Source: Balanoglossus misakiensis
Lineage: Eukaryota > Animalia > Hemichordata
Length of the DNA: 64,000 nt
Direction of reading: 5' to 3'
Assembly (NCBI GenBank): GCA_040954595.2
Contig: CM082585.2
Location: forward strand, 10,280,564-10,344,563
Under the pieces are notes generated by a model. The model did no database searches, had not been told where the DNA came from, and was given only the letters and a program-made list of their open reading frames with translations. The position numbers and the translations under genes are program-made. The stretch's first letter is position 1. Each line of letters opens with the position of its first letter. Of this stretch, positions 14,673 to 39,200 are shown in pieces.

Positions 14673-14697
14673 GTGATGGTGATGGTGATGATGATGA
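14604..14697. repeat. (GAT)n/(GGTGAT)n microsatellite
   Basis: Directly visible; explains the poly-Met/poly-Ile ORFs. Confidence 0.97.
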
Positions 14698-17600
14698 TCA
14701 GTCTGCGTTTAATGTCGACCCCTAAAAGACACGGGTCAACCAATCTCTCAACCTGGCTATCTTTAAGTCTGCCCATTTTTGTATATTTTAAAACATCTAC
14801 GCAACTCATTAGGGAGTATCAAGAGCGATCGCCTACTCGCGTGAGTACGGTAAACTTTATTCATCATAACCCTTCACCTGATTTATTTCCAGAGTGGAGA
14901 CTCACTTTGGAAACGGTATCGATGATCATTTGTTTTATCTGGAAACATATCACAGCGACATCACATCTCCTAGTTCGCAGTGGGCTGTATACACGCATTT
15001 AGTGGGAGAATCAGCTTTATTCAACTGCGTGATGACCTTGTCCCGTATCGCCCCTTCATTATCAGCTTATACAAACACTGCCGAAAAAAGAATGGTATTC
15101 GTAGACAAAAATGTCACATTAATTGACAAATTGATTTACACGGTTAATTATTGATGCGCCAATGAGATAGTAAGATGGAAACTTAATGGCGTTATAGCAC
15201 GTGCCTTTAATTCAATTATTTACTTATTTTGTACTTTAGCAAAGCGAAGACGGACAGGCTAGGCTTCCAGTTGCATAATGTTGGAAAATACACTTGCCAT
15301 ATTTTAATGCGCACCCAAGCCCGAGAAATTTGTTCAGGATACACAACATTTCTATAATCTATTATTTATTCGGGTAGGGACTTTCCCTAATAGGGAGAAT
15401 GCATGACAAAGCCATGCGAATTGGTCAACAGCCATGTCTCTTACAATATTTAAAAATAAATTATATTATCCACTGCTTGAGCCCATTTTTGAATTGTAAC
15501 ATAAATATACACCCGATGTACCATCTACTCGAAATACGTAGAGGAGAGGGGGTTGGGCCGTCACTGGCCGGCCTTACATTTCAATGTTTTGCGCCTCAAG
15601 ACCAGGTGGATGTGGCTAATTATAATGTTGTTCAGCCAGGTGTTCGCTGGTATATAAAGACATGTTCTCAGATTCCACGTGGGAGACTGCCTGACATCGT
15701 GACTTGACAGTAACACGCCACTAGCTCTGACCTGGAATCGAAAACGTTATGAAGTCCTGTATGAACGTTGCGGCATTGGAATATCAATGTGTTGAATGGA
15801 CTGCCTGGTAAGCTTACTTATTTCAAAGTACCCAGCTCATGTAGTGCTTTCAGTTTGAGATGTATGGATGACGAATACCTTGTCCGTCTCGCCAGGGCAT
15901 AGGCTTAAATAAACACCTCAGTGAGACATCAAACATACATCATTTTTCGCGTCAGAAAATCACGTGACGCGCATGATTTATGCCACCAGGTCACAATTAC
16001 AATCGTGGAAGATGTGTTTACATTAATTGTCAATACGGTATGACAAGTATAGCAAATATTAATAATGTAAGCTTCGGCCTATACACGGTAAATTTTGTAT
16101 CAAATTTGACAATGTCACCATAATGCTATTTCATATCCTACACTCAATCATTGCAGTTTGACGGCAATTGGACAATTTTTCATATGCCCACACTTGTGTT
16201 GGACAATCATGTACTTGTTGAGTTCCTAAATGGATGTTTCAAAAAGGAGGTATAAATTTATACTGACCAGTTACCCAATTTTGAACACGATCTTTTTCAT
16301 AACATCGACTTTACGTGAGTACGACAATGTGATAGATGTATATACTTGATATATGCCATTTTCAAGTAGTATACTGTGTAATCGTCATTTTCATAAATGT
16401 CGAATGGAAACGCAAGAGTAATCCAGAGGACATGTCGGTTAAAGGTCGGCTACTTGACGCTAACGAGAAAGCATACCGACTGCTCTGTATGTACAAATGC
16501 ACCGGGGTTTAATCTGGGCAAACTATTTAAAATTGGCTGTACTTTAACTTTTGACAGAGTACTGTATCTAAGCTTATCGTCCGGTTGCCCATCGGTCACC
16601 CCTGATCCACAATATCTCTTGGTGTCTTGATATACGTTGTGCAATGCACACAAGAAATCCCCCAGCAATCACTGAAATATGACATCGAAAGTGCTCCCTA
16701 ACAACCGTTAGTGTTTGTGGTCGGTGAAAACAACTATCGGTTATATATAAATTTTTATATAAACTAAACACCGCAGGTAGCCTAGGTTTTAAAGATTTTA
16801 TCAGATCAGTTTCAGTCATTTAAGATTTGGAGATATTCTCTAGAAGACTTTATTAGGGAGTAGTAGGCCATCACTTTGCTTATACATGTAGGCGCAATTA
16901 TATTTGATGCAAAACGATATGGTTAAGACTTTTAAGTATGACAAGAATCAACGACACATCGCTGCAATTTCGCTGGTCCACTCTGCACAAAGGCCACAAT
17001 CAGAGTAAATGTGTCGTCAAATTTTAGAAGTGAACTTTACTATACAATCATGCATGTTCCCACCCTGTATAGGGAAAATGAACATGCAGAACGTATATCT
17101 CTCTGGTACTGTGCGTGCGCATCAGTGTCGTCTGTAGCTTCCCTAACATGGTAGTCAAACGCCCATATGCAGAGCCACCCTCGTATACCTGTTTGCATTG
17201 CCTGCCTCCGCATCCTTTGAGATACTGCAGACCTGGGGAGTCTTGGCTTGTAGTCTGGTAAAGGTTATGGTCAATGATTAGAGTCTCTTCCCGTGGACAT
17301 TTGTACCTGGAACGCCATCAGTTCGGTGCCATTCGTTCTTTCACCTGGGTAGACACCACTTCGTGGATTCCTTGCTGAGTTTGTTTTACCGAGTGGAGGA
17401 CGAACGAGCAGTTGTACGCAGGGCTGCGCGGACTATCATTGCGATAGGAAGGTATGGTTATCGAATCTGTTTCCCGTCTGTCCATTTCCAAATTTCCGAA
17501 ACACTGCAATTGACATCGAGAGTGAATTCTTTATACATATATTTTTTAAATTTAAAGTGTTTTAGAAATTGTCACGTGTATATTTTATAAATTTTGGACC

Positions 17601-20600
17601 AGGTTGCTGCAGTTATTTGTAGACCAATATTGCTCATAGCAATGCCGTGCATCACACAACATGATGAGACAGCATTTCCCTAATAATCATTGCTTTGTGT
17701 TGTCCGAACCCTGGTTGTGCCAGCCTCTCCAAATTTCAATTAGTTCTCTACTGCGCCTTACAAAAAACTTTGAACATCATATTCTTATCATGGTTTAGTA
17801 GAAATGGTTAATTTAAAAACCACAAAGAGTTCATAATTACTACGAGAAATTTGTCCTTTTTGTTATATCGAATTTCCTGACTTAACAAAATTGTCTTGAA
17901 ATGCGAAGTTTTGCTAACATCGAAGTACTGTATTTTTTAATCACTTTATCAATTACAACACCATCATTACATAGATTTCCAATTGGAAATATTTCCAACG
18001 AGGTGATGTGGACTAAGTAGTTGAAGGGTAGTGGAGAAAAGGTCGTACTGATAACGGGGGCCATCTTCATTGAGGACACGTTAGGACAAGATAGTTATCG
18101 GAAGTTCCACGCCCGTCATATTCAACATTCCGCCATCGTTTAAAGTAGCCTACACCAGGATCACATCACTTTAAACGAATAAGCGCGTCACATTTTCCAT
18201 TTTCAAATTTCAAATTCGAATTTCCCTTGATAATGTTGTGGAAAGCATTTGACAAAATCTGAGTACGCAAGGCATACTAGCCCAACGATATGTGTGGTAT
18301 ATTTCGTTCCCGTCAAATCAGATAACTGTCGATGTTTGAAAGGCGGTTATACAGGGTCTTTGGGGTTCAAGGTTGCCTTGGCGAATATTAAATTTTGAGG
18401 TTTGATCTGTATCGTCCGAGTGTAAAGGTAAAGTTCTGTACAATAGACCCTAGAGCAAACTTCTGCGTCACTCGATCGAGGAGGCACAGGAAACAGATTC
18501 CTGTACACAGCTCCGACTATTGCCACGCCATGCCATTGAAACCAAGACCCATCTCCAACGAATATATGAGAATTGTGGGCCCAGACAGCAAAATTAGTGG
18601 ATACTCTCCGACTTCGCTTTTGGCTCTACACGTGATGACGAACAGGGTGGTTTACATATAAGCTGCTTTACTGATAGGTTACCTATCTAGACAGACAGAC
18701 ATTCAGGCATCTAGACACATACATTCCATCGATCTTTAGTGAGAGAGAAAAGAGGAAAGAACCAAATGCGTAACGGCAGAAATCAGGGAGACATACAGAC
18801 AGAAGATGTCGGGGAGAGCAGAGACTTTGCCCAGGGAAAGAGATATGGGATCAAAGTAGGGGAAAGGTTACCTAGTTCACAACGACCTGGGGATTGTAGA
18901 GTGCATGGCACGAGCCAAAACTGTGACCAACCTTTCTGGATATTTCAACACAAATATTTGGGTTGAACCGAAGATAATAAGTCCCTGCGTTCACAATTAA
19001 CAGAACCATATTGACACAGTGAACCATCTAAGCAAACAGGAAACTTAGGTAACAGGACCGAAATGCGACCAGAGAATGTCGGAAAATGAACAGTATAGTC
19101 CACAAACTCATTGATGTTACGGACATCATATTATTACAGTACCTGATTTTATATACAACTTGCATGTACATAAAAACGTAAACTGACATATATGTGTATA
19201 ATACGTCTCAGGCAAGACATGACAGGTATACTGTATATACCTATGGGCTCGTTGACATTTAAGTTTTATGGCCAATATAAATCTGACAACAGCTTGTTCA
19301 GAAACCATCAAAGCAATCCACATAATGATATGTTTGTGTTTAAATCATAATAATGGTTCATAAATAGGTCAATATAATTTCATATATGATTTAATCGGTG
19401 TCAATTGGAAGTTTTACTGCCTCATAACTTGTTGTTCATGACAACGGCAGGTCAAACTTCATTGCGTTGTCCGTACCATCTATTAAACACGCAGGATTCG
19501 GTATATATTTGTCATATTAGTTTACTTCAAAGGAAATATCTAAAACTGCGCAATTACAATCACAGTGCTGGATTATACAAGAGCGTCATTGGAAGTTATT
19601 TTTTGTTATCGTACTGGGGTGATGGTCTAATATAAAATGGACTAAATTAATAGAATAAATAAAACATTAAATTGTTGGAGTCATCATTATCTGATACTGT
19701 ATGCATGCGAATTTGAACTAATGGGTACAGCAACCTTTGACTGTCATATGTTTTGTATCATTAACCTATCCCCGAGTTGGCTGATACACCACTGCACTAT
19801 AGTCACCCATCTCGTCTGTATTGTCGCTGCTAATGATTCTGTCGATAAGCTTAGCCCTGTGAAATATTTACGCTGGGCGTATACCTGTTATTTAAATTGC
19901 GAAGGGATGTAGGTGGGGGCCAGGAATGAAACCTGATCTTTAAAAAACGGAGTCATGCTATAGGACAATATTCCCAATGTCCCACCAAATTTTTCTCAAA
20001 GAAACATAATATATGGCAGTTCACTTCCTGAATGTGCGTATGTGCGTATATTGTCCGTGTAAAAGGTTCTTGTTTTGTAGGAGGTGGAATAATTGCGTCC
20101 GTAGATAGATAGAATTCAAATTTCGGACACACGAACTTTTGTGACGTATTAAATTTAAAGTGTAAAACATTTGGTATACGTTTTGCTTGACAGCAGGAAA
20201 CGAGATTTACTTTGATCAAATATAATTTCTGGTACGACATCACTCGCCAGGAAGTTGAGATTACGTGTATCTTCCAGAAGTTGATTTCAACATAACTCGG
20301 TGGTCGGGTGGATTGGGCGGGTGCTGCGTTGGATTCCCCGGCAACTCCCTGCAGGAAAGGGTGTGACGAAGCACTCCTTGTACAAAAGAATACATACCCT
20401 GTACACACATCCACATCAAATGTCAATAGTCGGACACGTATATACACGTATATGTTCTTTCGTAGCTTGTTGTACGTCACCACAATTTTAAGATAATAGA
20501 GGAGGCGCATTTTCAGTAGGAACGTCGCTTCATGGTGGCACGAATATTCGTTTCACGACCATCAACGTCACTGAAGTTAAATGTAATTGTCAATACATGT

Positions 20601-20866
20601 TTTCCTGTCCCGTGTCATGCTTATTGTTTTCGTCGATTTGCTCTCTGTATCAACGAAATTAAACACTTCACGTGTCGACCGAAGTTCCTCTGTTACCAAA
20701 ATGATGATAATAGACTGCGTTTTTGGAAGTCTAAGTTCTTTTTCACATTCTTGCTGACGTATATCTTCGTGTGCTCCCCCCTTCAAAGTACGTTTCATAT
20801 GCAAAAGTGCCTCTCGCACTTCAAGTCGAAGTAATTTATGTTTATTTCATTTCAGTTACGGCAGCC

Positions 20867-31174
<10,308 letters not shown>

Positions 31175-32159
31175 TCATCTGACGAAGAAACAAATCCCGC
31201 AGATATCACGACCAGCAACAACGGCCATGCGTCAAATAACTGATGGGATGTTGTCCTTGAGGGGTTAGGGGAATGGTTTTCAGGAAATTGGAAGATCGTT
31301 GTGAGAAGGCACACATTTTTTGTGACTACCAGATGGTCGTCTGAATTCACGATTGACATGACGGATGGAAAATTAGGCTCACCCAACCTTTTGTCAAGGA
31401 CGAATCCCATTGGCCAACCTTGATTCATTGATTTGATTGGAGAATTCCTGAAGTGAAATCACTAATGACAATAACTTTATACGGTACCCAAAACTTATTC
31501 AATAAACAGATTATAAGCTTTATATATAAACAAATATGTACATATGTGAACATATGAAGGCACACAATCAAAAGACAATGAGTTTTAAGCTTTTTTTTTT
31601 CTTTGCGGAGGGGGAGTGTTTTAATTTTCTGGTAGTTCTTTTGTCAAATTGTTGACTTTTTACGCATTCTTGAAGTTTTACCCATCTTATTATGTATATT
31701 GAGATTTAACACGGACTATAATGTAAAAAATGTATAGGAATGACTCTTCTTTGAATCTTTCACATTAAAGAGATATAATCTCCTAATTTACATTTGCCCA
31801 TATATGTTTCAAAAGGGCATGCAGTGATAAATGCACATTTTTGTGTGACCAGCCAAGTGATAGGTTTAATTTTTACTTAACTTCAGCTCTTTTAACCTAG
31901 CCCAGTTTTGTTTCTTGCACTAACAAGTATAAAATATTTGACGAATAGAAGAGAACAATATGTTTTTTCTCTGTTAAATATTCTTTTGTATTACTTTCTG
32001 ACACCAGCGTTTTTGCTTACTACCAGAACTTTGCTATATGAAGTACGACTATTTTGGAGGGATCTTAGACGTTCTCTAGGTCCAAACATCCATGTCTTCC
32101 ATTTTCATTTTACTCTCTCACAGTTTCTTTCTTCTTGATCGAGTAACTTCTGCCTGATT

Positions 32160-32252
32160 TTAACCCTTTCATCCCCAGTTGCCTGTTTAGAGGTCCAACA
32201 TTACCGTAGAAAACGGTAGGTTTGGACTGAACCATGGTGGTGAAAGGGTTTA
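32160..32252. mobile_element. ~90-bp piggyBac-like MITE (orientation F)
   Basis: TTAA-CCCTTTCA...TGAAAGGG-TTTA, same family. Confidence 0.78.
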
Positions 32253-33136
32253 GCAGCATGGCCACTTATTGCCCAAAACCAAAGAAGTAACACCAGCCAG
32301 TGTGGTAGCTATGAACATTGTGTGCATTGTCATTGGCATTGCCTTCGGTAACTAAGCTGGACTCATGAGTGTTCCAAACGTTTGTTGACCAACCCAAGTA
32401 CTTTACATTGTATCCAAACTTTGCAAATTTGCTGTAGGTCATACATGAAATCAACCTGTCACCCATAACATATATTTATCATCTTTGTACCGTTTGATTA
32501 GTCTTTGTAAGATGAACGTTTGATTTTTGAAAAATTTAAGTTTGCTTTTCAAACAAAATCGTGTTACAATAAAGCGATAAAAATTGTTAAATGATTTGTA
32601 GTTTTCTGTTCAGGAATTGATTGTGGAAAAATTGTCCAGTTTAATTCAAAACTCCACAAAAGCCCCCCCCCCCCCCCCGTTATCAATTGGTCCAACCCTT
32701 AGACCCAGCAAGTGCGTTTGCACTGGATTGTGGGACATATCGATCACGTGATCTTTGCACCAGCTGATCGACAGCGCAACAAACAACCGGCTGATGTCAA
32801 CGCGTGTTTTATTATGATTTGCGTCGAGTACTTTCACGCCCGACTGAGCAATACCAGCTGATTATGTCACGTTCACCGTCATGGTCATTAGTCTTTGAAG
32901 GTTAAACACAATGTCAAAGTCCAATCATTGAATGCCTCTTCGCCCTAAATACCAGTGTCTACGCACTGAGTCATCAGCAGCACTGACTGAAACTAGACTG
33001 TCGTGAAAGTGACCACGTGAAGTGACATGACGTTTACATGTTGTGATTGTCTAAGGCTACAGAGTCGGTTTGACTGAAACGAGCGACTGGTTCAAAATTT
33101 ATTGAAAGTAATAATCTGGCTGTACAACTTGGAAAT

Positions 33137-35008
33137 ATGGGTGTAAAAGTGCCTGAATTACGCCGTAGAACTGCCCTCGTGGTGTTCGTTTTGGGACTGG
33201 TGTTGGCGTGGTATGTCTATGTGCCAGTACCCAAATACTTCGAAGAGCCCTGGAAACTGAGATTGGTCGAAACCACAGGTAGAACCATTAGACACCTGGT
33301 AAGTCTGACAGTGCTCTGATGAAGCTATTCTAAACCGTGACATGCACATTCATAAAGTATAGAAATAGAATCCAGACTTTGAGTGAGCAAAGCCAAAAAA
33401 ACAGGAGTCTGGATTCTAGACTATAGTTGAACCAGGCTGTTTTAACCATTTTGCCAGTAATGACTGGCAGAGCATCAGACATAATGTAATTCAATATATG
33501 AATATAATCATCAAAACTGTGATGATAGAATTTATTGATCTACATGTCTCTCTCTGTTTTATTTCAGGCTGTTCTAGGGGAAGCTTTCGGACTTGGAGAT
33601 TCAGTGAAAATAGCAAGATCTCTGTTCAACGTCGTTCAGCCAAACTTCATACCATTTAATGCTAACTTTACAATGAATGACACCATCCTTGCTGGAGTAC
33701 CAGTCAGAATTTACAGACCCATCACCATGGTAACGGGTGGATTTCCCAGTATAGTGTTTCTCCATGGTGGGGGTTGGACCATTGGCGGTGTTAGTAAGTG
33801 ATATAGACTTAATCGCCACTAAGGGCGCTCTTTCCTTATGCCAATAGATTACTGGACAACATATTCTCCCAACCATGTTTATTTTACCAAATATTGTCTA
33901 TACTGAGTGAGTCACAACTAAACTTTGTATTCTTGTGTTTTTTTTCAGGAATGCATCATGACATCACAAAGACGTTATCATCAAGGCTGGGTGCTCTTGT
34001 TATCTCAGTGGAGTAAGTAAATAACAGTTAAATGTGAAATAATCAAAAATATGCATTTTTAATACCAACAATGTGTTCACTAGAGTCTCTGTTTACGTGT
34101 AGTATAACCTGCAAGACACCAGCAACCCGTTTTCTTATTTGAAAACAGAATGTTGCAATCGTAAGTTTTTAAAGTTTGGACAACTTGTTGTCTCTTCACT
34201 TGTGACCAACATTATTTTCTCTTGTTTCAGTTATCGATTGGCGCCGGAGCATGTCTTCCCAGCAGCACTGGAAGACTGTCTTGCCGTCACCAAATGGATC
34301 CTGCTGCACGGCTTGCAGCTTAGTGTCAACACAAGGAGGGTGTCCGTCATGGGCGACAGTGCAGGTGGCAACATGGCCGCCGTCATCAGCCAGATTCTGA
34401 CCGACGAAAATTTCATGCCACCACTGAAGTTCCAAGCCCTGGTTTATCCAAATTTACAGACTATAGATTTGCGGCTGCCGTCCTATGAGCTGAACGTAGC
34501 AGCCATGCCAGCTGCGAGGACTGTGATGGCGCTCTTTGCGAGTCTCTACCTCAAGGGTTTCATAGATGAGCAGTTTATGGAAGAGATGGAGAGCGGAACC
34601 CTGGTGCCCCACGACGAAGAAACAGCACCGTATTTCAGTTATGTTGATCCGTCGTTACTGCCAGAAGAATTCATACCCGCTGATTTCCAGCGACATGAAC
34701 CAGAGGAGGTCAATCTGACAGAATGGAAGGAGGTCAAGGACATCCTCCTCAGCAACAGATTTTCGCCCCTCCTGAAACATGACCTGCGAGGGCTGCCTCC
34801 GGCGTACATCATCGTTGTAAAATATGACGTTTTGATGGACGAAGGAATCCTTTATTCTCAGAGACTTCGAGAGGCCGGTGTCCCAGCTGTGCTTAAATAT
34901 TACATACACGGCTTTCATGGCTGTTTCAATTTACATGAAATACCAGGTTTTAAGGTCAGCAAGGAGGCGATGGAGGACTTTTTAGCGTATGCAGCTGACC
35001 ACCTTTGA
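33137..35008 (+). CDS. Arylacetamide deacetylase / NCEH1-like GDXG lipase
   Basis: Exons approx. 33137-33298 (N-terminal membrane anchor, EEPWKL), 33568-33793 (HGGGW), 33949-34013, 34231-35008 (YRLAPEH, GDSAGG nucleophile, DVLMDEG, HGFHG). Confidence 0.92.
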
Positions 35009-35689
35009 GAATATTGGTCCAGCCGGTTATAATGTTTATGTCCCTTTTAGTTTTCTTTGGCCCAGATCGAATTGAATTAGATATTTTCAGCAGAGCGATG
35101 GAAAAACAAACAAGAATGTGACAAAAATATAACTTATAAGACAGTAGTTTAAGCATGTATCCCGTCCATGTGTAAAACCATACCAAAAATGTTCATTCAA
35201 AATAAGCCTGATAGCAATGCAAACGGTTATTATTATTCTTTTGCTATTTCTGAAGTCCTTGAAAAAAAATGGCTGAAAACACAAGTGGTCCATTGTGGTG
35301 ACGCGTACTATTATCAAATGTCATCTTTTCTACAACTTACAAGACTAGTTTAATTTGTTTGTCGTCACGATTTTATGTTCATGTATAAGTGTATTTATGT
35401 GTATCATTATCTATGTAAGTTAAATTAGTTTGTATTTGACTGTATCAATGCAACACTGCTCTTTTAACATTTCATTTATTTTTGTTGTAAAGAAGGCAAC
35501 CTGCCAAAACAAGTTTTAATTATGAGGAATGTGAAATAAAGATAAACATAAAAGATGAATAAATGTTTTATTAGTTGAAAGTTTACATTTCATAAAAGAA
35601 TCGATAGTAACAGTATCTTAGTAAAGTAGAACTAAAAGTTTCTAACGCTGCTGGCGCTACACTAGCGAAAGGGATCAAGCCAGGCTGTG

Positions 35690-35765
35690 ATTGGACATAT
35701 ATGACATTCCTTTTGGTGACGTCACATTCATTGGCCAATCAAGTGCCACAATCGCCACATTTGAA
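35690..35765 (+). promoter_or_regulatory. Candidate cell-cycle (G2/M-type) promoter of the kinesin: CCAAT boxes, CRE, CHR
   Basis: ATTGG 35690, TGACGTCA 35717-35724, ATTGGCCAAT 35730-35739, TTTGAA 35760-35765; followed by a likely non-coding exon ending AAG|GTAAGG at 35831. Confidence 0.55.
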
Positions 35766-36275
35766 TCTCTTCACTTTGCTGCGAGTGCGACAGTAGGAAG
35801 CGCCGTCACTTTTACTAGTAACATTAATAAGGTAAGGGGCTTATTTTGCGATCTTTGTGTATAGTAATGTATCGGACAAAACCGTCAGGACGAAAATGTT
35901 ACAGCCGAAAAGAAGCGCTTGACGGAGCAATGCAATGCATTATCAATAACTCCCTGCATGGAGGTTCTCCATGAGTCGACGCCATCTTAGTTCTGTACTG
36001 TAGCGGTTCCGCCGAGATATCAAAAGAAGGCGGAAAACGCTACAGTTACCGCAGTTGCATACCAGCCAAAATCTCGAGCTAAAGTATTGCAGCAAAGTAT
36101 CTGTGACACAGTCAGTGATAGACAGACAGACAGACCACAGAGCAAAACGCATCGAATGGAAAGAAACTTGGGGGATTCTTTGACGAACGCCAACCACTCA
36201 AGTTCTCTTTTACTTTCATTTTCAGAATAAAGAAAACAGGATATTTTGAATCGAAGTGTCACTTTTCTGGCAACC

Positions 36276-39200
36276 ATGTCTAGTGAGAGTACACTAACAG
36301 AGGTGAGATCATTTAAATATATCTCTTTTTGTCATCCTCATTGGAATGATGCTTTTATTTTTTTTTTACAATTCCAGAAGTCTTGACATATAGATTTTAG
36401 AAATTAAATCTTGTGTAAACATGATTTCTTTCCTTGATGTCTTCAGACAAGAGTTCCCCTGGAGGAAGTTGATAAAAATGGGCCGACAGCACTGATGACC
36501 CCGAGATCACAAAGCCGACTGCCGATTCTGGCAAAAAAGAGGGAGAGAGTGTGTAGTGGTGATAGTGAGGCCAACATAGTGAGTTTTTGCTCTTTACATG
36601 ATTTGGTGTTGTCTATTTTGAATTAAGACTTTTTTCTGCATTCTGCTTCACTGAATGAAAGAGATACACAGATTTGTATAACATTTGTGTATTACTCTTT
36701 TGGAAATAATATTAGTAACACAATGTTATAATGTTCAGATATGCAAAAGACGGGCGAGAAACTAAAACAAGTGAAGCGAGATTATGGAAACTAAGTTTGG
36801 TTCTTTCTCCTCAGTCTCAAATGGTACCATTACCACCGACCAAAAAAAGCAAAATTGATACCATTCCACCAGAAAAGGTCACCAAAAAACCACCGGCAGC
36901 GGCCAAGACTACCAGACCAAGACCAGGAATGACTAAGTCTTCCAGTGGAAGCAGTCATGGGAATAGGCCCAAATCAGGCGTGTCGTCAACTACCGCTGGA
37001 AAGCCCTCTGTATCAACAGGTATGGTTGGACTAACAAATATTTGTGGTATGGCTTATGTTCCAGGATAATTGAATTGTATGGGCTGACTTTGGCAGATGG
37101 GTGACTGTTGCATTGCTTTATCTAGTGTAAGCATCCCAAGCTTTTTGCAGTCCTTTTAGTGCTGTAGCTTCTTGATTGCTTGCAAGAGGTGCTTGTAACA
37201 TGTCTTCCAATGCTAAATGCACACTGTATTGAAAATCTCTGTCTTTGGCTAAATCTTGCAAACAGCTCGAAGCCGTACACGCCCGAATTCTGCTCCACAT
37301 GGCGCCAGAACAACCGTTGCCAGACCGTCTGTGTCCACTGCCAGTATGCAACATGATGGTATGTGTAAAATATCTCTGCTGTCTTTTCTACCCTGCTCTT
37401 TTACACATATACATTTGTCATCTGCTTAAGAAAGTGGACTTGATTTGTTTGTCTTGTGTTTTATTCAAAGGTGGACTACGTCTACCGCCGTCCAAGCCCA
37501 AGCGCGCAGCCTGGGATTATAAAGGCAGACTTGAAGACATGAGTAAAGAGATGAGATGCATGTCGGAATCCAATGCCTGCTTCCAGCAAATGATGCAGGA
37601 GACACGGGAGAGACTCAACGTCTTGGAGGAACAGAAACAGCAACTGACTGGCGTAATGGTCGAGAAGGAACAGGTGCACACAAAGGCAGAAGAAAAAATC
37701 AGGCACCTAGAAAAAAGTTTGAAGTAAGGAGAGCATATTGTACATCTCTGATAGCATGAAGTGTTTTAGTCTGTAATCTCTGGCAGTATTATGAAAGACT
37801 GCATCAGTGATGTGTGTGGCTTTCAGGTCGTTTTGGGCCACAGTGACAGCACAATTATCAAAAACACACTTGATTTATATCTGAATGTATACTCCATTGC
37901 AGGGAGCGTGATGAAGACATCGACAACCTTGAGAGACAGTTGTCTAAACTGAAGAGACTAATAGGAGACTTGGAAGGAGATTTAAATGCAGCAAGACAAG
38001 AAATCAATGGATACAAATTTACAGTGTCACAGATGACATCAGAAAAATTGGGACTTGAATCAGAAAATAGCATTCTGAAGGTGAGAGAAGACACAGTGGT
38101 TGTATAGGTTTTCCAAAAAATTCAGATTTAATAATATTTTTGACATTTCTGTCATATCTCGCATTTAAAGCACATACAAAATCTTACCCCAGGAAATTGA
38201 CTAAGTGATCTTACAGGTTACACACATGTATCTGACTATTTTTTTATTTTTGTAATCATGCAGAGAAATTTAGAAATTGCGAAAGATGATTTACGGATAG
38301 AGATTGAAAACTGTAAGAGAAAGGATGACATGATAGGAGAACTGGAAAAAACGGTGGCAGACAGAGATGCCAGTTTGCATGAACATGAAGCAAAACGAAG
38401 ATTATTGCATAACCAAATTCAAGAATTAAAGGTAATTGTAGCTCTTTGTTGTTATATATTATATGCTTTATTCCATCTTTGTTCATTTTCTACATTTAAA
38501 AACATTGTAATGATACTTTCCTTTATATCACCAGGGTAACATTCGAGTATTTTGCCGAGTTCGGCCCCTGGTTAGCAGTGAAATAGAATCTGGTGTGAAA
38601 CCGCTTTCCTTGGGTTTTCCCGACAATGACCAGAAAGTGATTGTAGTGGAGAAAGCTGGAGAGGAGGTAGGTGATAATCATAATTGAAACTATTTGAATG
38701 TGGGATGAAATGTAAACTCAAGATTTGATTATTGAGTCTCTTGCTGAGCAACTGGATTTGATTTCTTCTCCACAGAGCGCTGTAGGCCGTGGCAAGAACA
38801 AGGATCAGAAATATGACTTCACATTTGACAAAGTGTTCGATCACGACAGTAAGCAGTCTCACGTCTTTGATGAGATCTCCCAACTTGTGCAGGTAAGACA
38901 CTTTTCTCCCTTCCTTGGACATATCACTGTGTTACAGTTTATAAATAGCTGTTTTGTGAGGGCGCTATAATTTAGAATGACCAAGTACCTTATTAACTGA
39001 GGAACTCTCTGTCTCTGTTTTCAAGTCTGCATTAGACGGTTACAATGTGTGCATCTTCGCGTACGGCCAGACTGGTTCTGGTAAGACTTTCACCATGGAA
39101 GGACCGGACAATGCGGATGCAGAGAGTATGGGAATGATTCCAAGAGCTGTCCAACAGATCTTCAAGTGTGCAAGGGATCTTGAAAGCAAAGGATGGCAGG

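Noticed and set aside
14483-15002. Poly-Met / poly-Ile ORFs
   Set aside because: Artefact of the (GAT)n repeat.
19953-20510. 185-aa minus-strand ORF
   Set aside because: No recognisable domain or splice structure; likely a chance ORF or degraded repeat.
33365-33424. 13-bp inverted repeat TAGAATCCAGACT/AGTCTGGATTCTA
   Set aside because: Single copy in the window; probably a tiny palindromic repeat relic that cannot be classified.
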